Numbered from the stretch's first letter, positions 48,079 through 56,988 are shown. The stretch is 64,000 nt of DNA from Pseudomonadota bacterium (GCA_018241045.1 JAFEEP010000119.1:1277-65276); one strand, 5' to 3'. Notes: generated from the sequence alone by a model not told the origin. Translations and numbers: made by a program.

Positions 48079-48885
48079 TCAGGATGAAGTCTTGCCCCAG
48101 ATGATCGCGGGATCGCCAGTCTGCGCCTGCCAGATCGCATCACGGCGCACAATGCGCCAGCCTTTGTCGCGAAGTTCCCAGCGATCGACATATTCGCCGT
48201 TGCTGTCGAACACCGGGCCATTGACGTCGCCGGGGCGCTGGTGGCGCGCCTGGACATAGATGCGACTGGTCGCGGTGCGGGCGCCGGGGTCGATGTCTAT
48301 GGTCATGCTGCCAAGCAGATGCTGGCTCGGACCGCACATATCGAGAAAGCGGCGCATATTGTCCGTGAGCGAGGCAATGCCTGCCTGCTCGCCAAGGCCA
48401 TAATCGAAGGTCAGATCTTCGGCAAAGACATCGCCGAGCGCGGCCCACTCCTTGCGGTCGAGCACGCGGGCGAATCTGGCCAGGCCATCGCGAATGGCGC
48501 GGTCGGCGGCGAGTTCGAGCAGGGCGGGCGACGCCAGCCCGGAGGAAGGCGTTTCGTCGACCACGAACATACGGGTGGCGGCGCGATCGAACACGTTTTC
48601 CTCGTCCTTGGCGATGGCTTGCGCGACGTCGGGTCGGGCGGCGTGGGCGAGGAAGCGGTCATAGGCGGTGCGATCGTCAAAGCGCATCTCGGTCACGCTG
48701 TCGAAGTCGATCGCGGCGACCGGGCTTTCGAAGGCGCCTGCCCGGTCGACGTAATTGCGGCGATAGTCGGCGATGCCCGGCAGCAACGACAAGATCAGCG
48801 GTGCATGGCGCGTTTCGTAATAGGCAATGAATGCCTCGTGCGTCAGGCCGGGCTTGCGGCGCAGCAGGGCGATGACCTTGATCAT
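48079..48885 (-). CDS. EthD-domain / SnoaL-like fusion protein
   Basis: N-terminal RRKPGLTHEAFIAYYETRHAPL..DEENVFD; C-terminal DRAIRDGLARFARVLD ... GEYVDRW....GWRI. Confidence 0.8.
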   Translation of the reverse strand: MIKVIALLRRKPGLTHEAFIAYYETRHAPLILSLLPGIADYRRNYVDRAGAFESPVAAIDFDSVTEMRFDDRTAYDRFLAHAARPDVAQAIAKDEENVFDRAATRMFVVDETPSSGLASPALLELAADRAIRDGLARFARVLDRKEWAALGDVFAEDLTFDYGLGEQAGIASLTDNMRRFLDMCGPSQHLLGSMTIDIDPGARTATSRIYVQARHQRPGDVNGPVFDSNGEYVDRWELRDKGWRIVRRDAIWQAQTGDPAIIWGKTSS

Positions 48886-50663
48886 GAACTGGATGCTCCG
48901 CAAATGGCGCGCGCGGCGCGGCGGCCGGACCAGACGCAGTCGGCATAGGACAGGCCGCTGACATAGAGATTGGAGCAGATGCCGACCGCATTGCGTCCAG
49001 CCGCATAGAGGCCAGTGATTACATCGCCTGCATGGTCCTTCACCGCACCGGTCGCCTCATCGACGATCAGGCCGCCGACCGTCATGCAGGCGATGGGAAA
49101 CATCTTCGCGTCGACCGAGGCGTCGATCGCATAGAACGGCCCGCGTTCGAGCATGGCCATGTCCTCTGTTGATTTGTGGAACGCATCGGGCACATGGCCG
49201 CGTGCGGAGCGGTTGTAGGCGAGCAAGGTTTCGCTCAGAGCCTTGGGGTCGATCCCCATCTTGCGCGCCAGCGCCTCAGGCGTGGGGGCCTTCACTGCCG
49301 CAAACAGGGCGTTGACCAGCGTGATGTCACGCTGAAAGGCGAGCGTATCCGTGGCGAAGGCGTCGCGCAGCGACTGGCGGAACAAGGCACGGTCGAGCAC
49401 GATCCAGCCGCGCCCCTGATGGCGCTCGACCATGGCATCGCCGATGCGCGCGCCATACCAGGTTTCATTGACGAAGCGGCGCCCTTCGCCATCGACCAGC
49501 ATCCCCTTGCCCCATGCGCGCGGCGGCGAGAGGAAGCGCCAGGCTGACACGCGCTCCATCAGGCCGGTCGCGCCGCCGGTCGAGACGCCCAGCATGATGC
49601 CGCTGCCGTTGTCGCCAAGCGTGCCGTTGGGCAGCCCAGCGGCGTAGTCGGGCGCGAAGTGGCGAACCATGGCGGAATTGCAGATGAAGCCGCCCGCGCT
49701 GAGGACAATTCCCTTGCGCGCGCGAATCCATGCCGCACTGCGGGCGCTGGCCTCAAGTTCGCGGGCCTTGGCAAGATAGCGAAAGCCGATGGCGTAGGTC
49801 ATGCGCGCACCAGGGAAGGTGGGCGGCAGCATTGCTATCCAGCGATTGGCCTTGGCAATCAGTCCGGCATGGCGCGCGCGCACTGCCGCGTCGGCAAAGC
49901 GCAATACCCGCACTCCGATCACGCGGCCCCTGGCATCGCAAGCGAGTTGTCGGGCCTCGGCCTGCGCATGAAAGGTCAGGCCGCGGGCGAGGGCGGCATC
50001 GCGCAGTGGTTCCCATATACCCGCACCAAGACCCCATGGCTTGTTGCCGTTGCGCCGAACGGCGCGATGGCCGCGCGCGGCGGGCGGGGTGTGGCTGCGG
50101 AACGGCTCGGCAAGACTGCTGTCGGGGTGGTAGAGGAAGCGGTCGAGCGGTGGGTAGCTGGTCTTGCGGGAATAGAGCGTCGCGCTGAACGGGGCGCCAT
50201 GACGGCGCAGCCATTCGAAGGTTTCGGCGCTGTCTGCACAGAACCTGCGCAGCGTTTCGGGCGCGACGACATCGCCGACTTCGGTGCGCAGGTAGGCTTC
50301 CATCATCGCAGGATCGTCGCGGACTCCCGCCTCGTGCTGGATGGAGGTGCCGCCGCCCGCATAGTAGACGCCGCCATTTGCCGCGGACGATCCTCCGCCG
50401 TCGTAGTGATCGACCGCGATGACGCCGAGGCCACGCTCCAACCCTTCGAGCGCGGCTGCGACGCCTGCTCCGCCCAGTCCGACGATGACCACATCTGCCG
50501 TTTCATCCCAGCGATGGGCGTCCGGATCTGACAGGGTCAGCGGTGGATCGATAGACAGGCCCCAGTCGGTGATCGGCGCATGAGGCGGCGGCGATGGCGG
50601 AGCGCTGCGCAGGCCAAAGGGATTTGGCGGACGCAACGGGGAGGGTTCGGTGACGCTGGTGAT
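48882..50663 (-). CDS. FAD-binding 3-ketosteroid dehydrogenase family protein (Delta4(5alpha)/TesI-like); start uncertain
   Basis: GLGGAG, GGSSAANGGVYYAGGGT, LSAGGF, TVGGL, GLYAAGR, YVSGLS.ADCV.SGRRA. Confidence 0.8.
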   Translation of the reverse strand: MTSVTEPSPLRPPNPFGLRSAPPSPPPHAPITDWGLSIDPPLTLSDPDAHRWDETADVVIVGLGGAGVAAALEGLERGLGVIAVDHYDGGGSSAANGGVYYAGGGTSIQHEAGVRDDPAMMEAYLRTEVGDVVAPETLRRFCADSAETFEWLRRHGAPFSATLYSRKTSYPPLDRFLYHPDSSLAEPFRSHTPPAARGHRAVRRNGNKPWGLGAGIWEPLRDAALARGLTFHAQAEARQLACDARGRVIGVRVLRFADAAVRARHAGLIAKANRWIAMLPPTFPGARMTYAIGFRYLAKARELEASARSAAWIRARKGIVLSAGGFICNSAMVRHFAPDYAAGLPNGTLGDNGSGIMLGVSTGGATGLMERVSAWRFLSPPRAWGKGMLVDGEGRRFVNETWYGARIGDAMVERHQGRGWIVLDRALFRQSLRDAFATDTLAFQRDITLVNALFAAVKAPTPEALARKMGIDPKALSETLLAYNRSARGHVPDAFHKSTEDMAMLERGPFYAIDASVDAKMFPIACMTVGGLIVDEATGAVKDHAGDVITGLYAAGRNAVGICSNLYVSGLSYADCVWSGRRAARAICGASSS

Positions 50664-50832
50664 GCAGATTCTCCCGATCGTATCGAGGGGTATCGAATTG
50701 GCCAAATGCGTAACACAAACTGGCATTTGCCTACGGGTTTAGCAAAAGGCTTGTCAATGTCATCGCCAATTTATATGCTGATGCCCATATTCAAATACGC
50801 GATATGCCTATCGCATCACGGGAGAAGACATT

Positions 50833-53214
50833 GTGAGGACCCTGCTCGCCACCACGGCGCTGACTACCATTTCGCTTTTTTCGGTCCCGGCGCTGGCGCA
50901 GACTGCTGCGCAGCCTCACGCTCCGGAACCTGCTGCCAGCAATGATTCCGGCATCGGGGAAATCATCGTCACCGCGCAGAAGCGATCGGAAAACATCCAG
51001 AACGTGCCGATCGCCATTTCGGCCGTCGGAAGCCAGTTCCTCGAATCGCGCGGAATAACCTCGATCGACAGCCTCGGTTCGATCGCGCCGAACGTGAAGA
51101 TCGAACGTGCGCCGTCGAACAAGACGATTTCACAAATCTCGATCCGCGGTTCGGTGACGATCAACCCCGCCGTAACCTGGGAGCCGGCGGTCGGTCTCTA
51201 TCTCAACGGCGTTTACATCGCCAAGGCGCAGGGTTCGATTTTCGACGTTGCGGACCTTGAGCGCGTGGAAATCCTGCGCGGCCCGCAGGGCACGCTCTAT
51301 GGCCGCAATGCGCTGGCCGGGGCGGTGAACCTGGTGCCCAAGATGCCGAGCGGAGAACTCGGCTTCAAGGGTGAGGTCAGCTACGGCAACTACAATTACT
51401 GGAAGGGCAAGGCGGTGCTTGATCTGCCGTCCTTCGGTCCGTTCTCGCTGAAGCTTTCGGGCCAGATCCAGAAGCGCGACGGCTTCATCAAGGTCGTACC
51501 CAATCCTTATCCGCAGGCGGTCCTCGCTGGGCCGAACTCGGTCAACAGCACCAACGATCTCGATGGCAAGAGCGGGATGGTTCAGCTCCGCTTCCACCCC
51601 GATGGCAGCAATTTCACCGCGGACTATATGTTCGATTACAGCAAGTTCGATCAGCGGCCAGACTTTGCGCAGCTGGTGCGGATCAACCGGAATGGCGATC
51701 CGCGCGATATCTTCGATCCGAATTCGGTCAGCTATCCCTTTGCGGGGGCCTTTTTCCCGCTGAACCTCTACGACAATCCGAACCGGCAGTCGGTCGCCTC
51801 GATCGATGCCAACCCGCTTTATGAAAAGTCGCGGACCTATGGCCATGCGCTGACCATGGCGCTGGACCTGGGCGCCGCCACGCTCAAGTCGATCACCGCA
51901 TACCGCAACCTGAAGTGGCAGGATTCGCTTGATCTCGACGGGTCGCCGCTGCCAGTGGCGCTGACCCAGCGCGACACCAGCTTCCACAGCTGGAGCCAGG
52001 AATTGCAGCTGACCGGCAAGGCGATCGACAACAAGCTGAACTACGTGGCCGGCCTGTTCTACTACAAGGAAAAGGCCGAAACGCTGGGGCCGCAAAGCTT
52101 CTTTGGCGGCAGTGCGTCCTACGAGTCGGACTACGGTTCGCACACCGAGGCTTTCGCAGCCTATGCGCAGGTCGACTACAACATGACGGATGCCCTGAAA
52201 CTGACGTTGGGCGCGCGCTACACGCATGAAAAGAAGGATATCCGTCGCTATTTCCGCATCAACTACGATTCGGCCAACGGTATCACGTCGCCGGTGGTCG
52301 CGGCCGACATTCCCTATGGCGGGGTGCCGGATGCCAAGTACGACAACTTCAGCCCCGCGGTGACGCTTGCCTATCAGCCCACCCGTGACATCAACCTCTA
52401 CGCACGCTTCGCGCAGGGGTTCAAGTCGGGCGGGTTCAATGGCGAAACCAACGTGTTCGGCCAGGTGACAGCCGCTTGCCCGTCGGGTGCCACCGAACTG
52501 TGCAATCCCTACCGCCCGGAAAAGGTCAACAGCTACGAAATCGGCATGAAGACGCGCCTTGCCGACGGCCGGGCGATCATCAACGTCGCGGCGTTCTGGG
52601 ACGAGCACAAGGATATCCAGCTTTCGGTGTTCACTGCCGGCGCCGGCGCTTCGTCGATTGTCAAGAACGCCGCCAAGGCCCGTATCCGCGGACTTGAGAT
52701 CGAAACCGTGCTGCGCCCGGTCGACGCCCTTACGATCAACGCTTCGCTCGCGCTCCTCGATCCGAAGTACAAGAGCTATATCGAGGCAGTGAACGGCGTG
52801 GACACCAACGTTGCCGACAACCGCGCGTTCCCGCACACGCCCAAGACCACCGCGTCGATCGGTGCGGACCTGCGCGTGATGCAGGGCGACTGGGGCCGGC
52901 TGAACCTGTCGGGCGATCTCAGCTATGTCTCAAGCTATTACACCTTCCCCTACGCGCTGGTGACCGCCACGCCTTCTGATCAGAACGCCAACAACACCAA
53001 GTCCAACGGGCGCACCATCGTCAATCTCCGTGCCGCCGTTGCCGACCTGCCGCTCGGCGGGGCGAAGGGCGAACTGTCGCTGTGGGTCAAGAACCTGACC
53101 AAGGAAAAGAACCCCGCCAACTTCATTGATTTCGGACCGGGGTTTGGCGGGCTGACCGTAGGGTATTTCCCTGATCCGCGCACTTATGGCGTGACGGTCG
53201 GCGTGAAGTTCTGA
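50833..53214 (+). CDS. TonB-dependent receptor 3
   Basis: Signal peptide, EIIVTAQKR, RVEILRGPQGTLYGRN, C-terminal GVKF. Confidence 0.95.
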   Translation: MRTLLATTALTTISLFSVPALAQTAAQPHAPEPAASNDSGIGEIIVTAQKRSENIQNVPIAISAVGSQFLESRGITSIDSLGSIAPNVKIERAPSNKTISQISIRGSVTINPAVTWEPAVGLYLNGVYIAKAQGSIFDVADLERVEILRGPQGTLYGRNALAGAVNLVPKMPSGELGFKGEVSYGNYNYWKGKAVLDLPSFGPFSLKLSGQIQKRDGFIKVVPNPYPQAVLAGPNSVNSTNDLDGKSGMVQLRFHPDGSNFTADYMFDYSKFDQRPDFAQLVRINRNGDPRDIFDPNSVSYPFAGAFFPLNLYDNPNRQSVASIDANPLYEKSRTYGHALTMALDLGAATLKSITAYRNLKWQDSLDLDGSPLPVALTQRDTSFHSWSQELQLTGKAIDNKLNYVAGLFYYKEKAETLGPQSFFGGSASYESDYGSHTEAFAAYAQVDYNMTDALKLTLGARYTHEKKDIRRYFRINYDSANGITSPVVAADIPYGGVPDAKYDNFSPAVTLAYQPTRDINLYARFAQGFKSGGFNGETNVFGQVTAACPSGATELCNPYRPEKVNSYEIGMKTRLADGRAIINVAAFWDEHKDIQLSVFTAGAGASSIVKNAAKARIRGLEIETVLRPVDALTINASLALLDPKYKSYIEAVNGVDTNVADNRAFPHTPKTTASIGADLRVMQGDWGRLNLSGDLSYVSSYYTFPYALVTATPSDQNANNTKSNGRTIVNLRAAVADLPLGGAKGELSLWVKNLTKEKNPANFIDFGPGFGGLTVGYFPDPRTYGVTVGVKF

Positions 53215-53220
53215 GGCATC

Positions 53221-53252
53221 GGGCGTGTCGGGGCCTTGGCCTCGGCACGCCC
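53221..53252 (+). other. Intercistronic stem-loop without U-tract
   Basis: GGGCGTGTCGGGGC-CTTG-GCCTCGGCACGCCC immediately after the receptor stop. Confidence 0.6.
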
Positions 53253-53284
53253 ACGACAATGAAATATCGGGAGTGAAGCGGAAC

Positions 53285-54025
53285 ATGATGTTCGAAGGCA
53301 AGAACGCGCTGATCACGGGCGCCGCATCGGGAATCGGCCGCGCCACGGCCATCCGCTTTGCCGCCGAAGGCGCGCGGGTGACGATCGGTGACAAGAACGC
53401 CGCTGGCCTTGAAGAGACCGCCGCGATGATGGCGTCGACTCCGGTGATCCAGCCATTCGATGCGGTGGACGCCGAATCCTGTCGCCAACTGGTCGCCGTT
53501 GCGGCGAAGGATGGGCTGGACGTGCTGTGCAACATTTCGGGTGTGCTCAAGTGGGGACGCAGCGAGGATTTTTCGCTCGACGATTTCGATCTGGTAATGG
53601 CGGTCAACACGCGCAGCGTGTTCGCGCTGTGCCAGGCGGCGCTGCCGCATCTGGTCGAAACCCGGGGCAACATCGTCAACACTGCCTCGGCGGCGGCCTT
53701 GCAGGGTGTCCCCTATACCACGGCCTATGTCGCTTCGAAGCACGCGGTGGCCGGGATTACCAAGAGTCTTGCGGTAGAATTCGCCAGCCGGGGCGTACGC
53801 GTGAACGCCATCTGCCCGGGCCAGGTCAATACACCGATGACGCAGCAGACGGCTATTCCGGAAGATATCGACTGGGCTTTGGTAATGCGCAACGCGCCCA
53901 AGCTGCTCGACGGGTCCTGCGAACCGGAGGACATTGCCGAACTCTTCGCGTTCCTCGCCAGCGACAAGGCGCGCAAGATCACCGGGTCGCTCTTCTCGAT
54001 CGACGGCGGTCAGCTCGCCGGGTGA
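53285..54025 (+). CDS. SDR family oxidoreductase
   Basis: TGAASGIG, YVASK, NAICPG. Confidence 0.9.
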   Translation: MMFEGKNALITGAASGIGRATAIRFAAEGARVTIGDKNAAGLEETAAMMASTPVIQPFDAVDAESCRQLVAVAAKDGLDVLCNISGVLKWGRSEDFSLDDFDLVMAVNTRSVFALCQAALPHLVETRGNIVNTASAAALQGVPYTTAYVASKHAVAGITKSLAVEFASRGVRVNAICPGQVNTPMTQQTAIPEDIDWALVMRNAPKLLDGSCEPEDIAELFAFLASDKARKITGSLFSIDGGQLAG

Positions 54026-54498
54026 TGTGGCGGGGAAGTGGCCAGCAACATGCGCGCCGCATCATCCCCGTCGAGCAGGGCATTGGCGCGGTGAGTGACG
54101 CGCCAGCCCGCATCGGTGCGCTTCAGCGTCCAGCGATTCGCCGACACACGGTGCGCGGCAAAGGCCCCGCCTTCGTGCCGGAAAACAACCGAATGACCCC
54201 GCGCAACGGCGCTGTCGCCGGTTATCTCGACACTGACCGGGCCGAGCAGATGGGCACAGCCGGCGGCCATCAGTTCGCGGTGTACCGACCCCTCGATCAA
54301 CGCCGCGATCTCGCCGTGGCCGCAAGCAGTGGCAAAGCCGACGATCTCATACTCGCCATCCTCTACCCACAGCGCGGCAAGCGCATCGGCATCGCCGCAA
54401 TCGGCGAGCGGGCCGTAGCTGGCGACAAGCTGCCGGATTTCCTCACGGTCTTCGAGCGCCTGCAGGCGCATGGCAAGCGCTTCGATTGTTTGCGACAC
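54010..54498 (-). CDS. NTF2/SnoaL-like protein
   Basis: LEDREEIRQLVASYGPLAD ... W.LKRTDAGWRV; SD AAGGAG before GTG. Confidence 0.85.
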   Translation of the reverse strand: MSQTIEALAMRLQALEDREEIRQLVASYGPLADCGDADALAALWVEDGEYEIVGFATACGHGEIAALIEGSVHRELMAAGCAHLLGPVSVEITGDSAVARGHSVVFRHEGGAFAAHRVSANRWTLKRTDAGWRVTHRANALLDGDDAARMLLATSPPHHPAS

Positions 54499-54527
54499 TT
54501 CAATTCTCCTTCCGAAAGGATTTTGCG

Positions 54528-55613
54528 ATGACCGATCCCCAATCGAACGTGGGCCATCTTGACCACGTGTGGCGGACGTTCTGTGCGCAACTGGCCGAAG
54601 CCGGCGAAGTGCTGGCGCGGCCGTCCGCGCCGATCGGGGCGCTCGACCAGGCTGAGGGGCTGCGCTACCTCAGCCGCCTGGCGCGGACCGCGCTCAACAT
54701 GCTGGTCGACAGCGCCGATCCCGACTTCCCGCGGCTGTTCCTGCTGTGCGACGACAAGATCAAGATCGGCGCGGACAACCCGGACAACCTTTACCAGCAG
54801 TGCGTGGTGCGCGGCGACCGCGAGTACCGCATCACAGGCAAGCGCAATTCGGTTCCCTATTTCTCGGTGGGCAGCAAGGCCAATCGCTATGCCATAGACG
54901 GCACCATGGCCTCGACCGGCGAGATCGAGTTCGCGCAGATGGAGTTCGGCCCCGACGGAACTTTCGAGATCATCGTCAGCCGCGAACCGAGGCCGGGCAA
55001 CTGGCTGCCTATGGCGGACGACACCAGCCTGCTGATCGTGCGCCAGACATTCGATGACAAGAAAACGCAAGTCGCCGCGGACATCAGTGTGGAACGGATC
55101 AGCGCGGGTCCGACGGAACCGGCGCTGCTCACGCCCGCACTGATCGAGCAACAACTTACCGCAGCGGCGGCCTGGACGCGCGGCACGGCAAACACATTTG
55201 CCACCTGGTCCGAATGGTTCAAGGCGCACCCCAACCAGTTCTACGATGCGCCGCAGGAGATCTTCTGGAAGGCGGGGGGCGATCCCAACATCTGGTACGG
55301 GCATTTCTACTATGACCTCAAGCCGGGCGAGGCACTGGTGATCGAAACGCCGGTTCCCGACTGCCGTATGTGGAACTTACAGATCGACAACTGGTGGATG
55401 GAATCGCTCGACCACGTGCACCAGAAGGTCTGGATCAACAATTCGATGGCCCGGCTCGAGGACGACGACCGTGTCATCGTGGTCTGCGCCGATACCGATC
55501 CGGGCTTTGGCAACTGGGTCGATCTGGCGGGGCACCGGTCGGGAACGGGGCTGTGGCGCTGGTTCAACGCGGCAGAACCGATCGTGCCGATGATGCGGGT
55601 GATCAACCTGTGA
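54528..55613 (+). CDS. DUF1214-like protein
   Basis: W..FC..L..AG, AEGLRYLSR, GADNPDNLY, YRITG.R, PDGTFEI, WNLQIDNWWMESLD, DPG..NW. Confidence 0.75.
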   Translation: MTDPQSNVGHLDHVWRTFCAQLAEAGEVLARPSAPIGALDQAEGLRYLSRLARTALNMLVDSADPDFPRLFLLCDDKIKIGADNPDNLYQQCVVRGDREYRITGKRNSVPYFSVGSKANRYAIDGTMASTGEIEFAQMEFGPDGTFEIIVSREPRPGNWLPMADDTSLLIVRQTFDDKKTQVAADISVERISAGPTEPALLTPALIEQQLTAAAAWTRGTANTFATWSEWFKAHPNQFYDAPQEIFWKAGGDPNIWYGHFYYDLKPGEALVIETPVPDCRMWNLQIDNWWMESLDHVHQKVWINNSMARLEDDDRVIVVCADTDPGFGNWVDLAGHRSGTGLWRWFNAAEPIVPMMRVINL

Positions 55614-56431
55614 GCGCGACCGCCTTTGCTGAAAGGTACGGCCCGAGGGCGCTGGTATTGGGCGGATCGGAAGGTATTGGCGCAGCCTTCGCCGATGGCT
55701 TGGCTGCGGGGGGGCTGGACCTGACGCTCGTCGCACGGCGGACCGCACCGCTCGAGGCTCAGGCGGATCGACTGCGCGCCGCGCATGGAGTTAACGTCGA
55801 TGTAGCCGCGGTGGACCTTGCCGCGCCAGACATCGAGCACACGGCGGTGACGCTGATGGAACGCCACGAATACGGGCTCCTCGTCTATAACGCCGGCGCC
55901 GCGCACGGAGCGGGCCTCTTTACAGAACGCGCGTTGGCGGGTGAGCTTGCCCTGGTTCGGCTGAATTGCATCGCCACGGTCGCCTTCGTCCATCAGGCAC
56001 TGGTGCGGATGCGGCAACGGCGCAAGGGCGGCGTGATCCTCGTCTCCTCTATGGCGGGTCTTGCCGGTTCCGGTTTCCTTGCGACCTACGCAGCGGCCAA
56101 ATCGTTCGAGATTGTCCTCGCCGAAGGCTTGCACTGGGAACACGCGGACATGAACATTGACGTGATGTGTGCGATCGCCGCAATGACCGACACACCGGCA
56201 ATGCGCAATTCGGGCATGAAGTTTGACGCCATCCCTGGTTTGACGGCCATGGACAGCGAGGAGGTGGCTGAAGGCGCATTGGCGCATCTGGGACATGGTC
56301 CGGTCTGGTGCGCGGCGGGTCAAACCGCGCTCGACCAAGCGCGAACTGAGGACCGGACCAGGCTGATCGAAGCGGTCTCGGGTATGGGGGCGGCGCTGTT
56401 CGGGCTGGATCCGACCCAACCTTGCGAGTGA
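55610..56431 (+). CDS. SDR family oxidoreductase (7beta-HSDH-like)
   Basis: ERYGP.ALVLGGSEGIG.AFA, VARR, SSMAG, YAAAK. Confidence 0.87.
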   Translation: MSATAFAERYGPRALVLGGSEGIGAAFADGLAAGGLDLTLVARRTAPLEAQADRLRAAHGVNVDVAAVDLAAPDIEHTAVTLMERHEYGLLVYNAGAAHGAGLFTERALAGELALVRLNCIATVAFVHQALVRMRQRRKGGVILVSSMAGLAGSGFLATYAAAKSFEIVLAEGLHWEHADMNIDVMCAIAAMTDTPAMRNSGMKFDAIPGLTAMDSEEVAEGALAHLGHGPVWCAAGQTALDQARTEDRTRLIEAVSGMGAALFGLDPTQPCE

Positions 56432-56449
56432 GTTGATGGTTGCAGCCAG

Positions 56450-56983
56450 TCAATCGTCCCAGTGGATCAGGTGGCTGATATCAGTGCGTTCATGCGGTTT
56501 GCGTCCGGTGGCGGCAAGGCGCTGGACGGTGACGCGGCCACCCATCTTGCTGAACTTGCGCAGCACTTCGATCACCCGGTCATAGTAGGTTGAGGCGATC
56601 TTCCACGTGCCGCCTTCGCGGCGATAGGTGTCGGTGTAGATCGCCGTACCGAAGGTGTGTGCGTCTTTTTCCAGATCGATGAACACATCCTGCAGATACC
56701 AAATGCCCGTGGCGCTGTTGTCGCCGGTAATCGTCACTTCGGGCATGACGCCGATGTGCATCGCCAGCGCGCCAGAATGGAACGAATTGGACAGGAATTC
56801 GACCATCGCGTCGCGCCCGCTCAACGAAACCTTGTAGGTGCCGCCGTTGTAGGTGCAGGCGACGTCCTGGGTGAACAGGGCGGGAAGGGCCGCAAAATCA
56901 CCGGTGTCGATACTGCGGAAATAGCGGTGCTTGAGGTTCCTGATTTCCTCGATGTCGGACAATTGCTGGAGCGTGTAGGCCAT
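56450..56983 (-). CDS. NTF2/SnoaL-like protein (BaiE/Hsh2-like dehydratase candidate)
   Basis: DIEEIRNLKHRYFRSIDT, MH....PE, ATGIWYLQD, Y.DTY.REGGTWKI. Confidence 0.85.
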   Translation of the reverse strand: MAYTLQQLSDIEEIRNLKHRYFRSIDTGDFAALPALFTQDVACTYNGGTYKVSLSGRDAMVEFLSNSFHSGALAMHIGVMPEVTITGDNSATGIWYLQDVFIDLEKDAHTFGTAIYTDTYRREGGTWKIASTYYDRVIEVLRKFSKMGGRVTVQRLAATGRKPHERTDISHLIHWDD

Positions 56984-56988
56984 CGCGT

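Noticed and set aside
36568-52836. Long antisense ORFs over TonB receptors (36568-38208, 51130-52836)
   Set aside because: Shadow ORFs of strongly biased genes with no recognisable domains
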